The notes: generated by a model from the letters alone, not told the origin. DNA of 63,237 nucleotides, filler included, from Bigelowiella natans CCMP2755 (GCA_000320545.1; 11 parts of 11 records of this genome joined end to end with filler, not necessarily neighbours in it), one strand, 5' to 3'; numbered from the whole stretch's first letter, positions 26,115-39,852 are shown. Made by a program: numbers and translations.

Positions 26115-28829
26115 GTGTGTGTGTGTCGTAAGGTTACCTTTCGCAGCGTATGGACAAACACGTGCTGCTCGCACCCCCTGCACGGGTGAGAACTTTCTTT
26201 CCTAAAGATACTGGGTGTGTGAAGGGGGTTGGCGAGCAACTAGATGTCCGTTCTTTCTAGTGAGTAACTTGTCTACGACCGTGCTCTCTCAGGTATAATC
26301 CAACCGAGGTTGACACTCAAGAGGATGTGGTATGTAGACTCATGAGCGATCAGCGCTACTACTCCGTAACCCCGTCGAACATAACATATCCTCATGGGCT
26401 AGGTTAAGCAGCAGTAGAAGAGCATGGGTGGGGGGAGAATGGTTAGGGCGATGACTGCTTTTCCTTGACTTGCAAATATATAGAAAAAGGGAGTTGCAAA
26501 TGGGGTAAAGCGTGCCGCTGTGCGTAAGCTCTATCAGGAGCTTGGCATTCACCCATCTCAGGTACAGTTATTGTCATCATCGTCGTCGCTATCGTCGATT
26601 TAGCCTTGCGTTGTTGCCTGCTGACACGGTAATGCAGGACAAGTGTTATAATTGCACTTTAAAATCTGTTCCCCGTGTTTTCTTATGCTGTGTGTGCTCT
26701 TTTGGTGTGTGCTTTTGATGCTATTTGCCAACGCTGATTGTGATGATAAAAGGTGGAGCCATCGCGATTCAAATTCCTTACAAGATTGCATTACTGGGCA
26801 GCGGATGTCGTCACACATGGACCCAAGGTGGTGGCGTTGTGTGAATGTGATATCTAGAGTAAAAAGAAGAAGGCCATATTTTTATCATTCGAGCCCCTTC
26901 TCAAAAATGCAATTGACGTTGCTTTCTCAAAAATCGTAGTTTCCTCCTCACCCCCAAAATAGCGCACGTGCCTCAGCCCTACTCCAATTTGACACATCAG
27001 GCACCCTGGGGAGAGCACGAAATCGATTACATCCTCTTCTATCAAGTAGGAGCAATGACGGCAGCAACACACGGCGAACACACCGACAGATCACTTCTTC
27101 TCACTTACAGCCATCATCGAATGCTACTTGTGCCGCAATCACGTTGCCGAGACACGCTCTGATAAAGCTGTTACTTTTGTTCTCGCCACCACCATCATCA
27201 TCATCATACTTCTCCTCCTCATCATCATACTCATCATACTCATCATACTCATCATCATCATCATCAGCTGAAGGAGAACGAGAAGCTGGACATAAACCCT
27301 AACGAAGAGGAGGTACCTCAATCGATTTTTATGATGAGGAGGAGGTGGGAAAGGATAACGATGATGCTGCAACGAGCATTATTAAACGTCGATTGAGTAT
27401 TGGTAGCGAACAGACGGCACGTGGGCAAGGTTGGGTTGTGGACTTGTTGCTCATCAATATTTCTTCTGGTTATCCCCCGTTCTCGTGTGTCGTTTTTCCC
27501 TTCAGGTGGACGATTATAAATGGGTGACGAAGGAAGAGCTGGTGAGCATTGCGGCTGCAGGCGCTGCTTATGCTGCTGCTAATGCTGCTACTATAGTAAC
27601 AACACAACCGTATTGCGCTTTTCGAAGCAGCACAATCCGTCTGTTTGTTCCTCATAAACTTCTTCTTCTTCTAGGTGAAAATGATCGAGGATCCTGAAAT
27701 GACCGACAAGGTGCGCTAACGAACATAGATATGTGTTCTCATGAAAAGAAATGAATAGACTACCGGCATGTATCCAACCCTGCATGCATCTGCCATATTT
27801 ATTTTCCCGTCGCGCTGAATGATTCCCGTCGGGTCAATTCGGGTCCTTCATCACCACCACCACCACCACCACTCATCCTTCTTGAAAACATCTCACAGAA
27901 CGGCAGGAAGCTGCTATGGTCTCCCTGGTTCAGAATCATCGTCGAGCGTTTCCTAGCCCCGCTCTGGTGCGCATGGCAACTTTATAAACCACACCCATGA
28001 TGACATTATCAATCACAACGCCAAAAGTGTACGCATGCATGCGCGACGAGAGACGCCCAACCACGCGATCTACCTAATCATCACCACCCCAGCAAAAAGT
28101 CTGACCACTGCTCGGTTTTTACTTTATCGGTGACAATCAGGTGGAAGGATCTAAAGCTAACGCTGGGGACAGACCAATTTGTAGACGGGTACTATTTTAG
28201 ATGAAAACGAAGCCGTTGTTTTGGGTAGGAGGAGTAGAGGAGGAGGAAGAGGAGAGGTGTGCGGAAGGAGTTGTGGGATAGCAGTATTACTAAGAGAGGG
28301 GCCGCCCAGAATTGCTTGTTTTTGAACGAGTGAGAACCTACCATGACCACTCTGCCAAAAACATCATAGGAAAATCCACCGATTCGACTGTTCCGAAGAG
28401 CATTTTGGGGGCGCAGGTTGTACACCATCACACCTCCCTTTCTCCTCCTCCTCCTCCTCCCCCTCTCAACCCCTCTTAATTCATGTTAGCGTATTGCATT
28501 TGGACGGATAAAGACATTTCAACCCGTGTTGTATTTCGTTCTTCAACATAGCCCACTCAACCTGATCCATGACTGCTGCCGCTGCTGCTGCTGCTGCATC
28601 ATCAATGATTGCTTTGGATTTTATATATTTATTACTACGTCTAACCCAATCGATCCTTCCTTCTCTTCTTCTTTGTTCTTCTTCTTCCTCCTCCCTATTC
28701 CGTTTCTCCCCCCCCTTCTTGTTTTCCATCTCCTTAGGCCACGCTGGCCCATGGCTCAGTAAACTCGAAAAGACGAGAGCGCAAGAAGAGAGCAAGCAAG
28801 AGAAAAAGAAAACGGTTGACGAGTACTGA
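24961..28829 (+). CDS. IDI1: type-1 isopentenyl-diphosphate delta-isomerase (Nudix fold), probably plastid-targeted, ~19 exons
   Basis: Spliced motifs DQCILLDTEDN|VIG..SKK.SH...GILHRAFS|VFLF...LLQKRA.DK|VTF..VWTNTCCSHPL...AAVRKL.QELGI...FLTRLHY...WGEHEIDYILF...WSPWFRII. Inferred N-terminus is MLWADPLALAIFLSLAVLL...RARRRR; stop TGA at 28829. Confidence 0.93.
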
Positions 28830-29745
28830 GCCGTAGCCTATTTGTTACCGGAAAGAGGAGAAGATTCCTAATGCCTGCTTGCTTCATACGAAATGATTGT
28901 CATGCATGGCTACATAGCATGAATGTAGACAGGGAATCGATCCCTCTCCCATTGTGTCTCATCATCATCATAATGGCTCATCATCATCGCATGCGAGCAC
29001 AAATGAAAGCAAAGCCGCATGCTTACGAGTGGCCATCTTTTCATGTGTTGCATGGCATGTGCATGCTAGCATTTACGATACTCGCGGCGCTGCTAGACAT
29101 CACCACACATGCATAACTAGACTTTGCCGTCAGCAAAGCGACAGCGATGATTGATTGCAAGCGAATTCAAAGCTGACTTGTTGCGTCGTATGCAGACAGG
29201 CTCGACTATGGCAGCTGACTAGTGCTGTGTCAATGAAGAGTCAAAGTTTTTCACACAGCTCGCACATGCGATACGATGCCTGGTGATGCAGCTAGCATAG
29301 CTACGCAACGGAATGGTGCTGAGCGATGTCGCATTTTGTAACAGCTAAGCAATCCAACGTACCGCACCGTGCGTTATAGCTAGCCGAGTGCAGCGCGTAT
29401 CGTACGCTATAAGCATGTGTATATTCAAGCAAAAGTTATCAACCTGAGCAAATGCCCTATTTTTTATCTTGTAATTGTACAGCACCGTCTTCTACTCCTA
29501 TATCTCCACCATCATGCATCACGCTCCTTATTCTAATCATTTTGCCAGACTTTGTTATCACTGCTAAGTAATTCTATATTCAATTCGTCTGAAGATATAG
29601 TTGCGAATATCGTCAGAGAGAGAGGAAGACGAATAAGAGCACCGTGTGGGTTCGATGTCGCTACCTATGGATGATTACACTCCACAAGCGAGAAACTCAG
29701 CCATTCTGACGATTCTTTACTGTGGCCAAATTTAGAGAGTTAATA
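28830..29745. terminator. convergent 3' region rich in short palindromes (IDI / channel)
   Basis: ATGCTAGCAT at 29063-29072 plus many GCATG, GCTAG and TAGCT words. Confidence 0.35.
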
Positions 29746-30366
29746 TCACGTTGCCAGTCTCTCGCCGATTCTAGATAGGTCATCGCTCTTATTCCTAGAA
29801 ATCCTTTGCGAAGACGATTGCGTTGAATCCGAGAAATCAGATGGTAGAACAGGTGTTGAGCTGTATAAGATAGATAATCACACAAGACCCTCATCAACCC
29901 TGCTATTCTTACAAATAACTATTCATGACGTTGGCATCAAAGGACGCAGTTACGAAGTTAGCATTACTCTTAAATCACGATGCCACCGCTGCCACTACTG
30001 TTGTTTTGGCATTGTGCTTTAAAGGGCAAATCACCTTTGATATCCCATGCCTTTCGAATGGGTTGTTCGGAACGCTGAAGCTCCGTTTCCTGGAAGCGAG
30101 GTCACAGAATTCTTATTGAAATTATTATTATGATTTCTTTTTGCTGCGAGCATCGTCATCACGGAGCCTCTTCGGAAAGCCAAAAGTGTCGAGTTTCGTC
30201 TAGCTTTCATGCTCAATACTCTCTTGTGTGAGGGAGTAGCAGTCTTCGCAGCCACATTTTTCGACGGTTCTTTGCCGCTTAAAAGAGGGTTTTCAACCGG
30301 ACTCGTGTTGATGTGAGCCTGAATGCGCGAGCGGACCTAGGGTATGGCGAATAATACACACCCGCA

Positions 30367-30416
<50 letters not shown>

Positions 30417-32857
30417 CATTTATATTCTTAGTTTCTACGTTTGTGGGTATGATTTATGTCATATGTGTGCGTGAGTGCGTGTGTAGCTGACACCTCAGCG
30501 CTACTTTCTCGAGAGTTAATCATTTCTCGCGCCCTCACGCACTCACGAATATAGTGATGATGCTATACCCAATCGACGAACTCTCCACGTGTAATTCTGC
30601 CGCTCCCACTCGTGTTAATTCTCATGAAGGCGTGCTTGAGCAGATCCTTGAGATTCTCCTCTTTTGTGTTGAAAAGCTTCATCGATAGAGCTAACTTCAC
30701 GAATTCCGGGGCGCCCTTGACGAAGAAAACGCATAACACATTTGTTTGTACACTCGCACGCACACATAGGATCTTACCGTGCAAAATGAATATGATATAG
30801 CATAATATACACACGCTCAGTGCTTGAGTCTTCCCCTTGAGGGATAGCATGTGGACAGGCGACATTCGACGACCTCTCAGCACGCAATACAATCACAACT
30901 ATCACTGCTACAACTACTACCACTACTATTAACGTTAAACATACCAGGGATCCTACTCCGTTCGTATCAAATTTGTCGAAGCGTACCCCGGCCCACATCT
31001 CAAACTCGTCCACTCTCCCCGATCCGTCGAAGTCAAATATCTCAAACTGCTGTCTCACCTCCCGCAGCCAGTCCACCTGGGAGAAAGAAGTAGGGGGGTG
31101 AGCGGATGATAAATGGAGGAGGAGGAGGAGGAGCAGAAACAATATTAAACTGCGACTCAGAACACGAACGGAAACTGATGGACTCTAAAAACGTTAAAAT
31201 TTTTCATCTCCCCTACTACTTGCTTCCTAATTGGCGTCGTAGTTGTTATTGCTCTGCTGTCGTAGTAGTGGATAAGACCTTGACGAGTCCCTGTCTGAGT
31301 AGCGTCATCTGTAAGAACCCAGCCCAGTCGACCTCACCGGGCACCAAATTAGCAACTTCTCTCAACTCGCGGATCTTCGCCCTTACGACCTCGTTCGTTG
31401 CCTTTTTGTGAGCGCGTCACAAGTTTGCGTTCATGAGTGTGACCAAGAATACGAGCAAGGAATGCTGCAAAATCAATCACCGACACACATGGAAATAGAC
31501 TACAACCTGGTCACGGGCTGCCGTGTCAAGTTCCGCCTCGGTCGGGATGAGGTCTATAAGGGACTTCTCGTCGCGCTCGCGAAATCGCTTCGAGAGCTCT
31601 CCGGCTGCATGGAACTCGGCCTCTGTGGCGGTCTTTCGAATCAGCTCTCGGGTGCGGTGTTCGGTGTTGCGCTCCACGAGAGCAGCTGCAAGCGCGAAAA
31701 GGACCATACCGAATAGAGGGATACCTAGTGTCAGCCAGATCGTTAGTAGGAACAGGACAGCATCTTCGCTGTCCTCGTGCACGGTTGGCGGCTGAAATCC
31801 CCCTGTGGAGAGCGATGTGATACTGAACCTGCAACACGCGAGTGGATCGGCGGACATCAGAATCTAAATACGACCGAAGTAGTAGCATTAGGAGAGAGGC
31901 GGCAATGAAAAGGCGCGCTTCTATTACGTCACGCTGCCGCTGTCATGTGCTGCAGACAATAGTAAGTCTAAATCTTACCACAAAGCCTGGATGAAACTGA
32001 ATTTCTCTCTCACTATCCCGTACATTATCCCGAGCATGATCCAAATAAGAAATAGCGTGCCAGTGGCCAAGCGCTTCTGAATTTTAGGCTTCTTAAGGCC
32101 TTTAATTTTCCTCAAGATGAAGCGATAACAGGCGGAGTGCTCAATTGTTTTTGCCGCTGGGGCATCCTCGATGCTCAGCTCTTCCTTTTGCAGCTTTGCT
32201 GAGAGATTCTTTTTTAAAGAAATGTGCCAAGTATTGTGCTCCTCCAAGAACGTTCCCATAATATTCGAAAGCGCATAGACCACGAAACTAACGAGCACAT
32301 TGAAGGCTAGTCTCAAGGCACGCAACACACACACACACAAAGAGAGAGAGAGAGAGAGGGAGAGTCTATTCCCTTTTTTTTCCTTTTCGGGGCTACGGGG
32401 CGTTGTAGGGGGTGTTGTGGGATTCGGGGATTGTAAGACGTAAGAAGAACCATTTATTAGTGAAAATGAAAATAAAACGATGACAAATTCGAGTAACAGA
32501 GCCAACATGCCTCCCGTGTCTGAATCATCGCCTCTATTATTCTGGGATGCATAACTGCTTCTCACAATACAGGAGAGAGTGAGTGTGCCAAGAGACGCTG
32601 CGATACATGATGCTCGCATTTAGAACACAAGGAGCGATGCTGACTTCAGTTTCAACTCACGTGAGGGCTCATCACGATGGGGAGGGAGCTAGGCGGCTAA
32701 GTGCTCTGTGAATTCCGATGCGATTCCTGCTAGGCGCAGCATTTTGAAAGCTGATTTNNNNNNNNNNNNNNNNNNNNNNNNNNNNNNNNNNNNNNNNNNN
32801 NTTAATTAATTAANNNNNNNNNNNNNNNNNNNNNNNNNNNNNNNNNNNNNNNNNNNN

Positions 32858-32889
<32 letters not shown>

Positions 32890-33069
32890 GTGTGTGTGTG
32901 TGTCCCATAGCCTCCCCCCCTTCGATATTATGATTGTGGCATCTACGACTCTTCTCACGATGTTACAACCTTTGCAGGGCTTTTCCATCAATCAGATGCG
33001 CGCGAAGAGACCTGGGAACCTCTGTAAAGATATTGATGACATTCAAAACTCTACACTAACACACACACA

Positions 33070-33107
<38 letters not shown>

Positions 33108-33867
33108 TGCATGCATGCACACAATCTAAAATATGATAGAGAGAGCGAGAGCGAGGAGGATGAGGAGAAGAAAGAAAGAGAGTGTGCGCGTGCGTGATAC
33201 ACGTATAGATTCAAATCTGTGTGAAAACAATATATCAATAAAGCACCTGGGTACATCTTCATTTCCTTTCGATAATAGCTGAAAGGGCACAGCACAGAAA
33301 ACAACACATTTCTTTCCTAGAATTTCTAGCATAGTGTCGTCATCATGGAAGTTCTATACAACATATGTGGCATCGAAATAAGCAGCAGAGCAACCCATCC
33401 CATCCCCCCCCCCCCTTGCCCGGAGAAAAGGCAGCATACTTGCACACGTCCTCGACGCTGAAGTGGCAGTAAGGGGCAGCTGTTACTACTTCACTGGCTT
33501 CTGTTTTCACTTTGGAATCGTCTACGAATGACAAACGAAACCATTAAGCGAGTAATATTAACAACTGATTGGCTACCTGAATCTATGAAACGCTACGGCA
33601 CACTAGTTTACAGCTACACTACTAAGATGGTGCTTTCAGCCGTGTTTGCTATGTGGGGGGACCGCTGCATGGAAGCACTGGCTGCTGGCCGAGATATAAA
33701 TATGGAAATTTGACATTCGCTAATGAGCGGAGAAAAGTAGATAGACAGAGGCGCGCGACGTGTAGATAGGGAGAGAGCGCGAGAGAGAAGGGATGGGTGG
33801 GTGATGGCGGTAGAAAGAACACACCTTTCTTTTTAATCTTTTGCTTTTTCTTTTTCGCATGGGCCAT
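29746..33867 (-). CDS. two-pore/TPK-like cation channel with C-terminal EF-hands and probable N-terminal SAM domain (spans gap 32758-32857)
   Basis: TM-pore-TM unit LFLIWIMLGIMYG...FSFIQALW|FSITSLSTGGFQ...WLTLGIPLFG. EF loops DFDGSGRVDEFE, DTNGVGSL|GAPE and NTSGSGRITRGE. Upstream of the gap, FSVEDVCN|YY...HLIDGKALQ is SAM-like. Linkage across the gap is inferred. Confidence 0.7.
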
Positions 33868-34989
33868 GCGTCGCTGTGGAGGTGTTTTCCCCAAAAAAAC
33901 AAGATTTTAAAAGCACCCGACCGATCTCAATACCCGCCCACCCCGTCCCCTCGTCACGTCACATTGCAGCTTCCCACCATTTCCCCCCTGGCCGCTGGGC
34001 TCAATACCATAAGTCAACAAATCGACATGTATTAAGTTCAACCATGGTCCCTGAGGCAGCTGCCCTCATGGCTCTGGTGCTCTAGGTGGAGAGGATCCAG
34101 TAGCGCCTGAAATTATGTAACGAACCACTTAAGAATGGCAAACCCGATCCCCCCCCCAATCCAAGAGGGGGGAGGATCGATTCATTCAAATGATGAGAGT
34201 CATCAACAAAAGAAGAAGATAATGTTGGTGCCCAACGTCACCCGCTTCTATAATGCTTCCAAGGTCCCCCCCCCCCCTCGTTTTCCTTCCTTCTTCTTCT
34301 GCACAGCCGAGTAGCCCTGAGCTTTTTGTTGCAGTTTCCAACCGTAGTTTTTTATTTCTCGCGATATAAGTGTTCAAACGCCGACGGTTATCATTCGACG
34401 ACATCAAAAATCCTTATCGCAAGAAATTTATTCTCGATTGCGGCGACAGCTCTGGAACGCGACCATGAACGAAGAGCATTTCTCTTTGCTTTCGCATGAG
34501 GCTGCACAAAGAGCGACAACAATTTTTAAAGACACTCTCGTCTTCAATATACACATGAAATTCAGTGCATTTATGGACAGCGACATGATATATTCTCCGT
34601 TTTTTTGGTCTCATCCACATCTGAGGGCTGTGCTTTGTGCAGACGTACGAGTTAGCGGAACACATCATTCCCCCCCCCTCCCCCGCTTTAGAGACCGAAA
34701 CAGTTGTGGTAATTCGCCTCATTTTCTGCGTTGTGATCCCTTCATGTCGTGTGTTTCTAGAATGCGAAATTCGTGCTTCAAGATAGTGCACGTATGCACT
34801 TTCAGTTTTGCACGGATGCGATGAATCTGCCTTCACTGCTCACCGACCTCACCGCAGCCTTTTAAACCCCGCCTTTGAGCGACTACGTTTGCATTTGTCT
34901 AGAAGACTTTTCGCGGGCGTTATTCTGTTTTGACCTGAGAATGCACTTTCATTTCTTAGCACCGCCCAGCTACTGCAAAAGAGTTCCCA

Positions 34990-35024
<35 letters not shown>

Positions 35025-35124
35025 CTGGCAGAGCGAAGAGGGACAGAAAGAGCAAGCTCCGTGTGTGTGCGCTCGTCCTTCCTCTTCTTCCTTTTCGCAT
35101 TTGAGACTGCAAAGCTTTGATTAG

Positions 35125-35858
35125 CTGGACGTTGTCCGCAGAAGGACCGAGCACAAGCTATATCAGCGGGAGGGCTCGAGCTCTGGAATGACTACATCCT
35201 CTTCCTCCTCTTCCTCCTCCCGATCTTATTCTTCTTCGTCGTCGTCGTCGTCCTCCTCCTCCTCCTCCTTCTCATCATCGTCAAGGCTGGGCGAGAAGGA
35301 AGTGAACGACGCGTTGCGAGGCGTGTTTCACACGCTAGACAGTCAGCACAATGGATGGATTACTATACACGACTTAGAGCGGGTGAAGGCATCTGAGAAG
35401 ATAAGCCCTGACCAGGTAGGCCAACACCCACTCTGTCGGCCGTCTCTCCACCACCAGTAGATCTTCGCTACGAACGAAAATGAAATAACAACCGACGTGA
35501 GGGGGGGGGGGGGGGCTGTGTGGAAAAGCAGCTCGAGTTTAATAATTTCTGGGAAATCAACCGATATAATAATCATAAAGACGATGATCTCGTCGTTGTC
35601 CCGACACGGCTGACAACACACTGTTTGTGGTCCCTCGACTTTCTTATTGTTGTCTCTTCCTCTTCTTCTTCCCATCCCCCCCCTCTCTCTCACTCTCTCT
35701 CCCCCCGCCCCCTCCCTCTTCCTCGTTCTATCAGCTCGAAACCATATTCGGGAAAGCTGATTTGAATCAAGACGGAAAGATTACTCTGCAAGAGGTGCGT
35801 GTGCGTGTGCGTGTAAGATCGCGAGAGAGAGAGAGAGGGAGAGGGAGAGAGTTATACT

Positions 35859-35903
<45 letters not shown>

Positions 35904-36203
35904 TTTTAATAGTATAATGCATATTATAAGCTACTTGAACAAACCACCCATTAGTTCTGTGAAAGAGTCGGTAAGTCCGCATTCGTTTTGAAAGCCCAAG
36001 CTTTGTTTTGCAAGGTAAATGGTGAGGAGAGAAGTGGGAGGTGGATAGATGCCAGTACGCGAAGGGAAGAGTACCGGGGGGGTGGGGGGGGGGAGGGAGA
36101 GGTGGCAAAGGGAACAGAGCCCGAAAGCGATCTAAACTAGTAGTAGTTAGGAGTTTCAATAAGATCAAATATATCTACATTAATTACGTGTATAGCGAAC
36201 ACT

Positions 36204-36243
<40 letters not shown>

Positions 36244-36442
36244 CCCTTTTTCATCTCCACCATGCCTGCTCATCTACAACGACGACGATTTCATCGATAG
36301 CATTAACATCGTCACCATCATCACCATCATACACATTGCCATTAACAACAACGCAGCTCGATAAAGATCATAGCGGGGGGCTTACGGTGCGTGCTGCTGT
36401 GCTAATAAACTACACAACGAGACGCGTGCGCGCGCGCGTGTG

Positions 36443-36483
<41 letters not shown>

Positions 36484-36670
36484 GTGTGTGTGTGTTTGCG
36501 TGTGTGTGTGTGTGCGTTTTGGCCACTTACACGCCTTATGTGCAGGTGGTGTACGAGACCCTTAGATCGACACGATTTGCATGTGTTTGTGTCCTTTGCC
36601 TGACGCCCGATGTGTTTGGCACCATCATCTCTCTTTTCAGCGTGATGAAGTTGTAGCTCATCTGAGCACC
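35125..36670 (+). CDS. EF-hand calcium-binding protein fragment (at least 3 EF loops); runs into gap
   Basis: Exons give VFHTLDSQHNGWITIHDL, IFGKADLNQDGKITLQE|F and LDKDHSGGLT|RDEV. The 5' exons are not resolved. Confidence 0.75.
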
Positions 36671-36891
36671 NNNNNNNNNNNNNNNNNNNNNNNNNNNNNN
36701 NNNNNNNNNNNNNNTTAATTAATTAANNNNNNNNNNNNNNNNNNNNNNNNNNNNNNNNNNNNNNNNNNNNGAGGAAAAGAATGATAAGAGAGATGGGTAT
36801 TCCCTTACGTCATCATTATTGGGACATCTTTCACGTATTCTTCTGCTTCTGCCCCCCCCCCACCTCGTTTTTTCGCATATTTATTAACTCA

Positions 36892-37256
36892 GGCGGCTCG
36901 AGCTGAAGGCCCGTAACAAGGGCATTAAGCTTATCTTCCCAGACGACTTCCTATTTGCCGACACGTACTCTGTGAAGGCGCTCACGTCGATTCTGCCCTA
37001 CTCAGAGCTTGGGGTAATAAGGGAGGGAGGAGGAAGCACAACAATTATTAATAACGAGAATACATTCCTACGACAATAGAAAGAGAGCATGGTGGCGATG
37101 ATTCAACAGCAATAGAGTTGGATGTAAAAGATATATGTAAACATATATATGCATTCATGCGGGGGGGGGGGGAGCAGCGAGCAAAGCTATCATCACGTGT
37201 CGCTGGACGAAAAATCATTGATGCTCTCAGTGTTGTAAAAATATGCTGCTGTTTAT

Positions 37257-37287
<31 letters not shown>

Positions 37288-38446
37288 GCCATAATATTAA
37301 TAATAATAATAATAACAACAACACTAATAATTTAGGAAAAGGGACGCGTGCCAGCAGGATGGATGGTGCTCGATCATGGTTCGTAATGCTTTCACTCCTC
37401 TTCCCCATGATAGCTTTCTTGCATCTTTTCCTCGAGCATAGCACCACACCAGAGCACAACATAGCATCACAACCACACGCGCGCTTGGAAGGACAAAGGA
37501 GAGGGATAAGTGTTCGTTTCGAATCTGTTTTTGTGTGCATATTAAATCATCAGCAGCCCTTTCTCGAGCTGATCATCATCATCATCATAAGATCTATTCT
37601 CATCATCTTCTCTCTCTCCCCCTCTCTCTTGCTATTGTACTTGCTCCCTCCGTCCTTCCCCGTACTCACCCTCCCATCCCAGGCGACTTATCCGTGCTGA
37701 ATATCGTCACGCAATTTAAATCCGCGCGCACCTTCTTCTGGAACGGCCCCATGGCGCTGAGGAATTGGACAACTTCGCGTACGGGTCGCATGCTGTCGCC
37801 GCCCTTGCATCAGCAATCGGAGCAATGAATCGAAGTAATAATACCACCACCAGCACTGCGCGATGGAAAATAGCAAAAAGCCGCACCTGGCCTCTTTTTA
37901 ACCGGAAAAAGAAGCTAAGCACCGGCATGCGGCAACAACGCATTTACCCACCGATCAACAAATCATACAATCAATGTGTCATCAACACGCACACGTTAAT
38001 TTCTCGTTGCCGTCGTCGTTGTTCCTTCATCAGCCTCCATCGTCGGAGGGAGAGACACGGTCGCAGCACTTGACAGGGCTAACATGCGCAAGGACACCAC
38101 GCACGTCTCCACGGGTACAATACTAGCATAGTAGTAGTAGGAGAAGGAGGAGGAGGAGGAGGAGGAAGAAGCATGGTACACTCGTAGCGAGGTGAAAAGA
38201 ATGATGGAGTTCCAGACATTCTGCTGTGGTGTTTTGCCTTTCTTCACGCGCAATCGTAATAACCCATAAATTGCCAAAGGGAAAACGTGAATGTGGCTGA
38301 TGAGCAGTATCTTTCTTTCCTTCTCCTTCTTCTTCTTCCTCTCCTGCTGGTACTTCCTTTTAGGAGGAGCATCGTTCTATGATATGATGGAGGGGAAGAT
38401 TCTGCCGGGGATTTCCAGCCTTGACCCCCCTGACGAGGTACATTTA

Positions 38447-38497
<51 letters not shown>

Positions 38498-38610
38498 ATC
38501 AGCATCTAATGATCTCACGGTGGTCGATGCACTCATGTGATCAGGTCAAAGTGGACATCCCGCAGCTCACAGGCGATGCGCCACTATTTGACGTCGACGC
38601 TATGGATTAA
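36892..38610 (+). CDS. PGK: divergent phosphoglycerate kinase, C-terminal half (one apparent frameshift)
   Basis: GIKLIFPDDF...VPAGWMVLDHG...ARTFFWNGPM/GAEELDNFAYGSHAVA...SIVGGRDTVAA...HVSTG|GASFYDMMEGKILPGISSL matches PGK C-domain motifs; stop TAA at 38610. Confidence 0.85.
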
Positions 38611-39629
38611 TCATTCCGCTCACTACCTTGCTTCGTGCTCCGCTGATTTGCGCGCAAAACATGCAGATGTTTTGCGCAGCTTCGAGTGTTGCTAGTTTTT
38701 CTTCGTTTCATTGGTTAGGCATGCTTGTTTAGAGTCCCAGAAAAGGGACGCGTATGTAGATATACAGCTGCCACGACTACCGTGGTGAATGTGCTGCATG
38801 ATATTGTATGTACGGTGTTAAATTGTTAGCATTCCTATCCAGTCATAACAATCAATTGTTTCGTTCGATAATATGTAATAATAATAGAGATAATGAATCA
38901 TTATTTTCGAATAGTTTTACACGTACGCGTAGCATGCATATCATCAATGAAAGAACGTTCCGGCGAGCATGCAATAATAACGGCATGTTGCGTGTACGCA
39001 TCAGCGCGCATGCACGCACACGTAAACACGTCTACAGATGTTTCCACGCGTACACAACATGCCACAATTGCAGCACATGGCGCCTCACTAGTTGCTTTGG
39101 ACATTTGCACCTAGCTAGCTAGCTACTGTTAGCTCAGCTTCTGTACGTCCACATCCAAATGCAATTTTATTGTGGAGGTCTGCGCTAGTCTGACCCAAAT
39201 AAGGAACAGTAGTCTCAGAATTGAACGAATCGAATGCGCAAGTTTCCGCCACGTACAGCACGCACGTAATGTTTTGGGTTCATCAAAGCATAGCTAGCGA
39301 GTTTCAAGCGCGCTCATTTTCAGCAAACAATCTAGCATGCAACGCAAGACTGGTGCATGCTAGCATGCCACATCAGTAATGAAATGTGCATCTCACTAGC
39401 TCATGAACATGCATCGCATCCCACAGCCAGGCTAGCAGGCATTGTAGGCGGCAAAATCTAAATATAACTAAGTGGACACAGTGTACACATCCGTAGCAGC
39501 AACTATTCATTGTTATTCAGTACTTAGTTTCAAGACGCAGGGACGATGTTGTGTGTGCTGCCTGGATAAACGATCCCTAATGAATGAGAGTGTCTTCCCC
39601 GGTGCAGCTCGCTTACGCCTGTTGTTATA
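38611..39629. terminator. convergent 3' region rich in short palindromes (PGK / Kelch)
   Basis: TAGCTAGCTAGCTA at 39112-39125; GCATGCTAGCATGC at 39355-39368. Confidence 0.35.
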
Positions 39630-39815
39630 TCATAATCGTATTATGCATATTACATGTGTGTTGGTGTCTCTGTCGCCAATTGGTTGACGAACGTCTTTAC
39701 TAAATCACCATCATATTATTTACAAGCTTGCTGCTACCTGCTGCTGAGCCTACTGCGATGACCCACTCGTCCATCCGAGAGTCATATCTGAAGCAGAACC
39801 AAGGGCTTGTATCAG

Positions 39816-39852
<37 letters not shown>

